Source of the DNA: Rickettsiales bacterium
GTDB lineage: Bacteria; Pseudomonadota; Alphaproteobacteria; Methylaequorales; Methylaequoraceae
Assembly (NCBI GenBank): GCA_002689325.1
Contig: NZFP01000003.1
Coordinates: 13,217 to 77,216, forward strand
Reading direction: 5' to 3'
DNA length: 64,000 bases
The notes below the pieces were generated by a model. It ran no database searches, was not told the origin of the DNA, and saw only the letters and a program-made list of their open reading frames with translations. The position numbers and the translations under genes were made by a program. Below are positions 1-7,344 of the stretch, one piece after another (within the stretch, counting starts at the first letter, position 1; each line of letters starts with the position of its first letter).

Positions 1-2
1 CC

Positions 3-2585
3 TTCAGATAAATCGTCCCATAACCATATAGCGCTGTTTGTACCATCGCCCACAACAAGAAAAACTTCACTGCCTGTTCCACTTGTAGAATCGGTATATT
101 TTATTGAAGAGACGATGCCTGATCTAAATGACTTTGTATTATAGTTATTAGTATTTTCTGTGAAATTAAATAGGTAGGGTAATTTATTATCACTTCCTAC
201 AGACGAAGTTGAGCTTGTTCCTAATCCAGTAGAACTACTTGTTGGTGAAATACTAAGATTTAATACAAAATCACCTCTTGTGCTTGAATTTCTGTTATAA
301 GGTGCATCTTCAACTAAAAGATAAAATGACTCTGTTGTACTAGTAGTGTAAGTAAAATATGAATCCTCTGTTCCAGAACTACCTGCACCTCCTAAAGAAA
401 TAGCAGAATCGTCATTTTCAGCTACAATAGAAGATAAAGCTTGATTCCACATTGTTACATAAGAATTAAAATCTATACTATAAGAATCACCATAGTCTAT
501 ATCAACAGTTAGCGTCTCGCCAGCTTGTAGGTCTACTTTAAAAATATCAATACCATTATTGATGTATCCACCTTGTATTTTTACCCATGGAATACTATCA
601 TCACCAACATCCGAATTTGTGGCTATTTTAAATCTTGACCTTGCAATTACTTGAGCAGAACCAAAAGTACCATTTGGTTCTGTTTCATTAACTGTTTGTG
701 CAGTTGTTGATGGTTTTGAGTCCCATGAAAGAGAAGATACCGAAGCAGTGCTAGTATATTCATAAAAGTCCGACCTTGTTACAGAGTGAGTTGAGACTGG
801 TTCATCAAAAGTAAAATTAATTGTAAGTGTTTGAGACAAAGAGAAATCAGAAATTGTTCTTCCAAAGTCACTAACTCCGTTAATGTAAAAAGAATTAATT
901 TCAGATGTTTCTGTTTCTTCTTCTTCCATAATAACATTATACAAACTAGGGTCATCAAAGAAAAAAGACTCTTGAAATACTTCAACTTCAGGTTGCGAGT
1001 ATATGTCACCAAAAGATGGTCCTATAGGCGCTCCAAGTAAATCAATTGCAGCTGTTGCTAAAGGTCCTCCGATAGCTGCTGGTCCAGCCGGACCACTCAT
1101 CATATCTGCTGGACCTGTTGATACTGACATCATTCCTGGATAGGAGCCAGGAGCTCCACTTGCAATTATAGCATTTATGGGAGCTATCATTGGATTAGCA
1201 TTTCCAGCCATTGGGTTTGATATAGAATTAGGATTATTTGATTCAATTGAATTTGCCTGTCCTGGGCCATCTAATCCTGCGACTTCAGCTGCCTCAGCCA
1301 TAGCTTGCTCGGGACTAGCACCTGCAGCAAGTGCAGTATCAAAAGCTTCTGCTGCAGCAACTTGTTCCTCTACTGATGCTGACTCTTCTCCAGTAGACGA
1401 TATCTCACCCTCTGGGGATCCACCTGCTCCCTCATCACTTGGTAATGAGTCTCCATCAGAATCTGAAATTGGTCCCTCTTCTCCTTCACCTTCAGGTGGA
1501 CCTTCTTCACCCTCACCTTCTCCTTCAGGAAGACCTTCTTCACCCTCACCTTCTCCTTCTTCAGAACCTTCTTCTGCAACTTGTTCTTCACCACCTTCTT
1601 CTTCAACTTCTTCTTCTGCAGCCTCCTCTTCTTGAGTCTCCTCCTCTTGTGTTTCTTCCTGAGGTGGTGGAGCAGATTGTGGTTGTGGTGCTACCGCTGG
1701 AGTTGGTGGTAATACATTAAGTGCAGAACCATAGTTAGCTTGAATCTGTGCTGCTGATAAAATAATTGGTGCTGGAGGCGCTGCGGTAAAACTTGAAACA
1801 CTGGTTGTAGCTCCCACCTGAGCTAAAACTTGCGTACCTCCATCATTACTTACAGAAATTTGTCCAACCCCACCGTCCGCATCTTGAAGTAACGTAAAAC
1901 TATTTTCATTTCCCTCAACAGCTGCTTTACCAGCAACAGTTGTTCCTCTAATTCCCATTGTAACAACAGGAGTTTCAAGAGTCATGGCATCAGGCCCAGT
2001 TTTTGCTATTTCACCACTTATAAAACTAAATGCTCCTTCAACCATATTTACCACCATGCTACCTGTTGCCGTTGCTGCATCAAAAACCAACTCATCCAAA
2101 ATCATCTTTCCTCCATCAGATAGAGAAAATGTTGTTTTATCTAAAAAAACTAAACCTACAGCTCCAGAGCCCTCGGTCTCAATGGTGTCTCCTTGGAAAA
2201 CAGGGTCTCCAACACTTAAATTAGTGGTTGTACCATCTAATCTTGTTGCTTTTGCCGATCCAGAAACTGTTGAAACTTCACCAATAGAAAGAACATTGCC
2301 ATCAGTAGCTTGAGCGTATTGCCCTTTTGCTAACGGACCTGCTAAATAATCTACAGTATTACCTTTAAGTTGAAGGCCATTTTCAGTGTATATGTTTGGT
2401 AGTTCAAAATTAGTAAAATAATCAACTAATGTGAGCTTCTCACCATTTGGAGATGTTGCTATTAAATCAGTATTGTTTCTAGAAAAATCAGATTTTAATA
2501 GCCAAGAAGGAAGATTATTTACTGCTGTTGAGTTTCCAGCATAAATTGATTCAGATAAATTGTTAGAAACTTTGGTGTTATACAT
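3..2585 (-). CDS. Secreted modular protein, paralog A (partial; C-terminus runs off the left window edge): FecR-like N-domain, acidic Glu/Pro/Gly spacer, PPC-like domain, T1SS-style tail
   Basis: Absent from the ORF track because it has no stop inside the window. I translated the minus strand by hand over 2281-2585 and 3-1740, and checked positions 3-242 triplet by triplet for stops. I found none. The stretch 1741-2280 was inferred from the paralog and from the absence of any track ORF in this frame (861 codons if open throughout). The N-terminal ~330 aa is mostly identical to ORF 2811..5930, e.g. AGPLAKGQYAQA.DGN.LSIGEVSTVSG.AKATRLDGTTTNL..GDPVFQGDTIETEGSGAVGLVFLDKTT. The C-terminal part reads NETEPNGTFGSAQ...DIFKVDLQAGETLTVDIDYGDS...AENDDSAISLGG...ESFYLLVEDA...GDFVLNLSI, a pre-peptidase C-terminal (PPC)-like pattern. 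Confidence 0.85.
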   Translation of the reverse strand, partial: MYNTKVSNNLSESIYAGNSTAVNNLPSWLLKSDFSRNNTDLIATSPNGEKLTLVDYFTNFELPNIYTENGLQLKGNTVDYLAGPLAKGQYAQATDGNVLSIGEVSTVSGSAKATRLDGTTTNLSVGDPVFQGDTIETEGSGAVGLVFLDKTTFSLSDGGKMILDELVFDAATATGSMVVNMVEGAFSFISGEIAKTGPDAMTLETPVVTMGIRGTTVAGKAAVEGNENSFTLLQDADGGVGQISVSNDGGTQVLAQVGATTSVSSFTAAPPAPIILSAAQIQANYGSALNVLPPTPAVAPQPQSAPPPQEETQEEETQEEEAAEEEVEEEGGEEQVAEEGSEEGEGEGEEGLPEGEGEGEEGPPEGEGEEGPISDSDGDSLPSDEGAGGSPEGEISSTGEESASVEEQVAAAEAFDTALAAGASPEQAMAEAAEVAGLDGPGQANSIESNNPNSISNPMAGNANPMIAPINAIIASGAPGSYPGMMSVSTGPADMMSGPAGPAAIGGPLATAAIDLLGAPIGPSFGDIYSQPEVEVFQESFFFDDPSLYNVIMEEEETETSEINSFYINGVSDFGRTISDFSLSQTLTINFTFDEPVSTHSVTRSDFYEYTSTASVSSLSWDSKPSTTAQTVNETEPNGTFGSAQVIARSRFKIATNSDVGDDSIPWVKIQGGYINNGIDIFKVDLQAGETLTVDIDYGDSYSIDFNSYVTMWNQALSSIVAENDDSAISLGGAGSSGTEDSYFTYTTSTTESFYLLVEDAPYNRNSSTRGDFVLNLSISPTSSSTGLGTSSTSSVGSDNKLPYLFNFTENTNNYNTKSFRSGIVSSIKYTDSTSGTGSEVFLVVGDGTNSAIWLWDDLSE
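1000..1660 (-). repeat. Low-complexity acidic/Pro/Gly spacer of paralog A
   Basis: My translation reads PPPQEETQEEETQEEEAAEEEVEEEGGEEQVAEEGSEEGEGEGEEGLPEGEGEGEEGPPEGEGEEGP, then a helical island (AFDTALAAGASPEQAMAEAAEVAGL), then a Gly/Pro/Met/Ala-rich stretch. The plus-strand and alternate-frame ORFs listed here are shadows of this composition. Confidence 0.8.
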
Positions 2586-2607
2586 ACTGCAAAAGACTAT
2601 TTTTTTT

Positions 2608-2628
2608 CCACAGTTTAATAAACTGTGG
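2608..2628. promoter_or_regulatory. Perfect 9-3-9 palindrome CCACAGTTT-AAT-AAACTGTGG upstream of paralog A; candidate operator or 5' UTR hairpin
   Basis: Arms read directly at 2608-2616 and 2620-2628. It lies 23-43 nt upstream of the ATG at 2585. On the minus strand a TTGACA (2645-2640) sits 17 nt before a weak TTTATT that overlaps the palindrome. On the coding strand the hairpin is followed by A8, not T, so it is not a canonical terminator. Confidence 0.4.
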
Positions 2629-2810
2629 ATATATTAGAATGTCAAGGTTTACTTAACTAAATTTAAGCGGAAATCTTTCTAAAATGTTTTTTTTGCAGTT
2701 ACTTTAAAAGTCGATACAAGGTATATTATACAAATTATTTTTGAGAATGCAACTATGCTAATAATTCAGAAAAAATCTGGAATGCAATACAGCTGATTAC
2801 TTTTTTTGAA

Positions 2811-5800
2811 TTACAAGTTTCCAAAAGCAACGTTAGCTGCTGTCATACTATCATTATCATAACTATTAAGTGTAGCTAAACGAACTAACTCAGTCTGCTC
2901 AACAGTACCATTAGTTCCACTATTTTCCCATCCCCAGATACTAGTGTTACCAGAATTTCCAGTTACAATAAGAGCATCTTCAACAGTTGAAATATCAGTG
3001 CTACCATCAGTTGTAATTCTAAAATTACTTAGGAAGTTTGAAACACCAGCAGAAGCAGTGTGATTTGCATTATTAGCTGTAAAGTTAAAAACAATTGGAA
3101 GGTTTCCACTGCTAGCATTAATATTATATACAGAACCATTAGCGCCGTTATCAGATTCAAAAGTTACTGATCTTGAATAATTGTTTGTAAAATTATATCC
3201 AAATTTTAAAGTATCAGCTGCACTAAAAGTTCTTATTGTATCAGCACCCTCCAGAAAATCAGAAAAGTAATAAGTATCACTTCCACCATTTCCGGTTAAA
3301 TCATCAGCTCCTAAGCCACCAAAAAAAGTATCATTACCGCTTCCCCCTTTAAAAGAATCATTACCGCTAAAACCATCAAATCGCCAAGCATCTGATGATG
3401 TTGATTTATCTTCAGAGTCATCATTATTAGTACCAGTTATAGTATTTCCACTTCCTGATCCACTTCCGCCACCACCATTTTCCTCCTCTTCCTCTTCAAA
3501 AAGTTCCGGTTCAAAAAAGCCCATATATAGTGAAGGATCATCAAAAAAATAATTCATAGGTTCTACATAGTTTTCAGAGCCACCCATCATAGGACCACCA
3601 AAAGGATCAGGTCCAAAACCGCCAGGTCCTCCAGGTCCACCCATCGGACCACCAAAAGGATCAGGTCCAAAACCGCCAGGTCCTCCATAAGGATCAGGAC
3701 CAAAACCTCCAGGACCACCCATTGGGCCACCAAGAGGATCACCAAAACCTCCAGGACCGCCCATATGACCACCCATTGGACCACCCATTGGACCAGCATA
3801 AGGATCAGGTCCAAAACCTCCAATAGGGCCTGATGTAAAACCACCTATTGGTGAGCCAAATGCTCCAACTGGACTAAATGTGGCCGCTCCAGGAGGTTGA
3901 GCACCCATAAATTGTCCAGGAACCATGCCACTGGGGCCACCAGTCCCAAAATCTCCAGGACCGCCAAAACCACCAGGGCCACCAGGTCCAAAATCTCCAG
4001 GACCACCTGGACCGCCAAAACCGACAGGTCCTCCCGGACCACCAAATGGGTCACCAGGTCCTCCAGGTCCACCTGGGCCGCCAAAGGGATCACCAAATCC
4101 ACCAGGGTCACCAAATGGGTCACCAGGTCCTCCAGCGCCACCTGGACCACCAAAGGGATCACCAAATCCGCCAGGTCCACCTGGACCGGCAAAGGGATCA
4201 TCAAATCCACCAGGGCCACCAAAAGGATCACCAAAATCTCCAGGACCACCAGGTCCAAAATCTCCAGGACCACCAGGTCCAAAATTTCCAGGCCCTCCAG
4301 GGCCACCAGGTCCAAAACCTCCAGGAGGTGAAGGTAAACCAGCGGCTTCTGCTGCTGCTGCCATAGCTTGCTCTGGGCTTAATCCGTCTGCTAAAGCTGT
4401 CTCAAACGCCTCTCTTGCAACTTCTTCTTGTTCAGGCGATGGTCCGCCAGGTCCACTGAAATCAGCCGAACCGCCAGGTCCAAAGTCACCGGGACCACCT
4501 TCTCCAGATGGTAAGGGTTCTCCATCTGGTCCAAGGGGTGGGCCGCCTTCACCGGGTCCTAAGGGTTCTCCATCCGGACCAATTGGAGGACCACCTTCTC
4601 CAGGTGGTAAGGGTTCTCCATCTGGTCCAAGGGGTGGACCGCCTTCTCCAGGTGGTAAGGGTTCTCCATCCGGACCAATTGGAGGACCACCTTCTCCTTC
4701 AGCTAATACTTCTCCATCAGGTCCAACTGGTGGGCCCTCTTCACCTTCAGGAGGACCACCTTCTTCTCCTTCAGGAGGACCTTCACCTTCAGCAAGAGGC
4801 TCTCCGTCAGGTCCAACTGGTGGGCCTTCTTCTCCTTCAGGGGGACCCTCTTCTCCTTCACCTTCTTCTGCAGGACCTTCCTCAGTTACTTGTTCTTCAC
4901 CGGCTTCTTCTTCACCTTCTTCTTCAGCAGCTTCTTCCTCTTGAGCCTGTTCTTCCTGAGCTTGTTCTTGGGGAGGTGGCGCAGCTTGAGGCTGTGGTGC
5001 TACCGCTGGAGTTGGTGGTAATACATTAAGTGCAGTACCGTAATTAGCTTGAATCTGTGCTGTAGTTAAAATTACTGGTGGTGGTGGTGGTGCAGTAAAA
5101 CTTGAAATACTTGTTGTTGCACCAACTTGAGCTAAAACTTGTGTTCCTCCATCGTTACTTACAGCGATTTGTCCAACTCCTCCATCTGCATCTTGAAGTA
5201 AAGTAAAACTGTTTTGATTTCCTTCAACAGCTGCCTTTCCAGCAACAGTTGTTCCTCTGATACCTATAACTGCAACTGGTGTTTTAACTGACATTGCATC
5301 AGGTCCGGTTTTAGCTATTTCACCACTAACAAAACTGAAAGCACCTTCAAGCATATCAACAGCCATACTACCCGTTCCCGTTGTTGCATCGTAAACTAAC
5401 TCGTCTAAAACCATCTTTCCTCCATCGGATAGAGAAAGTGTCGTTTTATCTAAAAAAACTAAACCTACAGCTCCCGAACCTTCTGTTTCAATAGTATCAC
5501 CTTGAAAAACTGGGTCTCCTGCATTTAAGTTGGTAGTTGTTCCGTCTAATCTTGTTGCTTTTGCTGTTCCAGAAACAGTGGAAACTTCACCAATAGAGAG
5601 AATATTACCATCAGCAGCTTGGGCATACTGACCCTTCGCTAAAGGACCAGCTAGTGACCTTACAAGAGAACCATTTAAAAGCAAACCGTTTTCAGTTAAT
5701 AAAGACGGTAATTCAAAATTACTAAAATAATCAATAAGTATGACTTGATCACCATTATCAGATGTTGCAATTAAGTCACTGTTATTTCTTGAAAAATTAG

Positions 5801-5930
5801 ATTTTGGTAACCAAGAAGGTAAGTTTTCTATCTTAAGAGAATTACCCGAATAAAGGTTTAGTGCTTTGGGTTGACTGTTTGCTAATGAGTCATCGTTAAA
5901 TTTATCAGTAAAGTTAATTTCTTTTAACAT
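2811..5930 (-). CDS. Secreted modular protein, paralog B (1039 aa): FecR-like N-domain, very long Glu/Pro/Gly/Phe/Asp repeat region, four RTX nonapeptides, T1SS-style tail
   Basis: Single uninterrupted 1039-aa ORF. The N-terminus has no hydrophobic signal peptide. The FecR-like core is GDPVFQGDTIETEGSGAVGLVFLDKTTLSLSDGGKMVLDELVYD...GAFSFVSGEI...VKTPVAVIGIRGT (about 5210-5590). The RTX block is GFSGNDSFKGGSGNDTFFGGLGADDLTGNGGSDTYY. The C-terminal tail is ALIVTGNSGNTSIWGWEN...AANVAFGNL. Confidence 0.9.
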   Translation of the reverse strand: MLKEINFTDKFNDDSLANSQPKALNLYSGNSLKIENLPSWLPKSNFSRNNSDLIATSDNGDQVILIDYFSNFELPSLLTENGLLLNGSLVRSLAGPLAKGQYAQAADGNILSIGEVSTVSGTAKATRLDGTTTNLNAGDPVFQGDTIETEGSGAVGLVFLDKTTLSLSDGGKMVLDELVYDATTGTGSMAVDMLEGAFSFVSGEIAKTGPDAMSVKTPVAVIGIRGTTVAGKAAVEGNQNSFTLLQDADGGVGQIAVSNDGGTQVLAQVGATTSISSFTAPPPPPVILTTAQIQANYGTALNVLPPTPAVAPQPQAAPPPQEQAQEEQAQEEEAAEEEGEEEAGEEQVTEEGPAEEGEGEEGPPEGEEGPPVGPDGEPLAEGEGPPEGEEGGPPEGEEGPPVGPDGEVLAEGEGGPPIGPDGEPLPPGEGGPPLGPDGEPLPPGEGGPPIGPDGEPLGPGEGGPPLGPDGEPLPSGEGGPGDFGPGGSADFSGPGGPSPEQEEVAREAFETALADGLSPEQAMAAAAEAAGLPSPPGGFGPGGPGGPGNFGPGGPGDFGPGGPGDFGDPFGGPGGFDDPFAGPGGPGGFGDPFGGPGGAGGPGDPFGDPGGFGDPFGGPGGPGGPGDPFGGPGGPVGFGGPGGPGDFGPGGPGGFGGPGDFGTGGPSGMVPGQFMGAQPPGAATFSPVGAFGSPIGGFTSGPIGGFGPDPYAGPMGGPMGGHMGGPGGFGDPLGGPMGGPGGFGPDPYGGPGGFGPDPFGGPMGGPGGPGGFGPDPFGGPMMGGSENYVEPMNYFFDDPSLYMGFFEPELFEEEEEENGGGGSGSGSGNTITGTNNDDSEDKSTSSDAWRFDGFSGNDSFKGGSGNDTFFGGLGADDLTGNGGSDTYYFSDFLEGADTIRTFSAADTLKFGYNFTNNYSRSVTFESDNGANGSVYNINASSGNLPIVFNFTANNANHTASAGVSNFLSNFRITTDGSTDISTVEDALIVTGNSGNTSIWGWENSGTNGTVEQTELVRLATLNSYDNDSMTAANVAFGNL
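3267..3374 (-). repeat. Four consecutive hemolysin-type Ca-binding (RTX) nonapeptides, GGxGxDxUx
   Basis: Codon-level reading gives GFSGNDSFK / GGSGNDTFF / GGLGADDLT / GNGGSDTYY. Confidence 0.85.
3587..4960 (-). repeat. Multi-tier low-complexity coding repeats in paralog B
   Basis: Tiers from the N-terminal side: poly-acidic QEQAQEEQAQEEEAAEEEGEEE; a 16-aa unit GEGGPP[IL]GPDGEPL[PG][PS] in about 4 clean and 2 variant copies (about 4490-4830); a helical island; GPGGPGDFG / GDPFGGPGG units (about 3925-4335); and GGFGPDP[YF]GGPMGGPGG units (about 3590-3850). Line 4021-4080 counts 41/60 G+C. Confidence 0.9.
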
Positions 5931-5941
5931 TAAATATAAAA

Positions 5942-7276
5942 TTAGTTTTCAACATTTTTTGGTTGCATTAACTGAACGCTATCTAAAGTAAGTCCTCCCA
6001 TTAAACTTAGTAAAGTGTAACTATTTATTAAAACCTCAATTTTTGCTGCTATGGCATCAGCTTGTGCATTTATGAATGCTGTTTCACCATTAAGAACATC
6101 TAAGAGTGTTCTATTACCTGCTTGTCTTTCTGTTCTTGCAAGCTCTAAAAATTCACTTGAAATTCTAGCTTGGTTTGTAAGAAACTGCGCATTTTTCTGA
6201 GCAGTTAATAAACCGTCCCAAGTAGTTCTTAGCATTTGTTTAATCATTGATTCTTGATCCCTTATCCTGGTAGACGTTGCTAAATAAGATTCAACTGCAG
6301 CTTCCTTACCAGCGTATTCAGACAAGCTTAAATTAAGCGGATAGGAAAAATCAACCTTTGCAGAACTTTCTCTTTTAAAACCCACTATTCCTCCAAAATC
6401 TTGTTTCTCAGAATGACTTATTATACCTTTAACGGTTGGAAACAACGTTGCTTTTGCTGTATTAATTCCTTCCTTACTAATTTCTTCAGTAATTCTCGCA
6501 GCTACTAATGAGGGATTTTTTTTCATTGTTAATTTTTCAGCCTCGTCAAGAGATTTGGGTAAAGAATCAAAAACAGATTGTAAGAGAAGAAGACTATTTA
6601 GATTTTTTGGAAAAATTTCAAAAACATATTCAAATTCGTGTTTTGCTGCAGATAAAACACCTTCAAATTGAATTTGTCTTGCTTGAGCACCTGCCAATTG
6701 AGTTTTGGCTTGAAGTACATCAGATGTTAATCCACCACCAGCAGAAACAGCTGCATCTTCTAATTCTGTTTGTTTTTTAATATTCGCAACTGATTGAATA
6801 GCGTATTTTACACTTTCTCGTGACTGAATTACTCTTAAATAAGCAGTTATGGCTCTCAGCAAAATATCATTCTTAATTTGATTTTCCATTGCTCTTGATT
6901 GTTTAAGCGACAACTTCGATGTTTTAACGGTTGATCTTGTAAGACCAAAATCTGTTATTGTTTGAGTTATCTTAGCAGTCGCATCTCTTGCGGCTAATTG
7001 CGTGTTGTTACCAGCACCATATTTAATAATATTTTCATGACCATAATTTGCAGTAACATCTAAAGATGGAAAAAAACCACCTCTAGACTGCTTTAATCTT
7101 AATTTAGCTGCCTCTACGTCATTTTTGGTGGCCTTTATCATCTTATGATTTCTTAAAACACTTTTAAGGGCGGAATCTAAATTAAAATACTCGATTTCTG
7201 GAGTGTTATTTTGATTTTCCTGACTTCCGGCAGAACTAAAACTTAGAACAAATATAAATAATATTAAAAGTCTCAT
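5942..7276 (-). CDS. tolC: TolC-family outer membrane efflux/type I secretion protein
   Basis: 444 aa with signal peptide MRLLILFIFVLSFSSAGSQ. It has the two-repeat OEP-type helical pattern (LKSVLRNHKMIKATKNDVEAAKLRLKQSRGGFFPSLDV...; LTSDVLQAKTQLAGAQARQIQFEG...). Its stop is 11 bp upstream of paralog B on the same strand. Confidence 0.85.
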   Translation of the reverse strand: MRLLILFIFVLSFSSAGSQENQNNTPEIEYFNLDSALKSVLRNHKMIKATKNDVEAAKLRLKQSRGGFFPSLDVTANYGHENIIKYGAGNNTQLAARDATAKITQTITDFGLTRSTVKTSKLSLKQSRAMENQIKNDILLRAITAYLRVIQSRESVKYAIQSVANIKKQTELEDAAVSAGGGLTSDVLQAKTQLAGAQARQIQFEGVLSAAKHEFEYVFEIFPKNLNSLLLLQSVFDSLPKSLDEAEKLTMKKNPSLVAARITEEISKEGINTAKATLFPTVKGIISHSEKQDFGGIVGFKRESSAKVDFSYPLNLSLSEYAGKEAAVESYLATSTRIRDQESMIKQMLRTTWDGLLTAQKNAQFLTNQARISSEFLELARTERQAGNRTLLDVLNGETAFINAQADAIAAKIEVLINSYTLLSLMGGLTLDSVQLMQPKNVEN

Positions 7277-7344
7277 AACAAAAAGTTACCCACAAACTTT
7301 ATATTGTGAATAAATATACGACAAAATACAATATTTTTTTAAAA

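Noticed and set aside
1177-1720. Plus-strand and alternate-frame ORFs (1177..1635 +, 1439..1720 +, 1370..1606 -, and similarly 3587..4366 and 4508..5029)
   Set aside because: These are low-complexity frame shadows of the acidic/Pro/Gly spacers. Each is nested in one of the two long minus-strand genes and contains only repeat-derived sequence.
2600-2628. T8 run plus hairpin as an intrinsic terminator for paralog B
   Set aside because: The orientation is wrong. On the minus (coding) strand the hairpin is followed by A8. On the plus strand the T-run precedes the stem. A regulatory palindrome is more consistent with this geometry.
3925-4944. Plus-strand 339-aa ORF that translates as a collagen-like GPPGPP/GSP repeat protein
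   Set aside because: It is the antisense shadow of the Gly/Pro codon repeats, since GGN/CCN reverse-complement to GGN/CCN. It lies wholly inside the 1039-aa minus-strand ORF. That ORF has conserved non-repetitive N- and C-terminal domains and a paralog. The plus-strand ORF has no domain outside the repeats.
7290-7309. CRP/cAMP-receptor-like site upstream of tolC, suggested by the nearby cyclase
   Set aside because: The sequence is CCACA-N10-TGTGA, with half-sites facing outward. The CRP consensus is TGTGA-N6-TCACA, so both spacing and orientation differ. I kept it only as a weak relative of the 2608-2628 palindrome.
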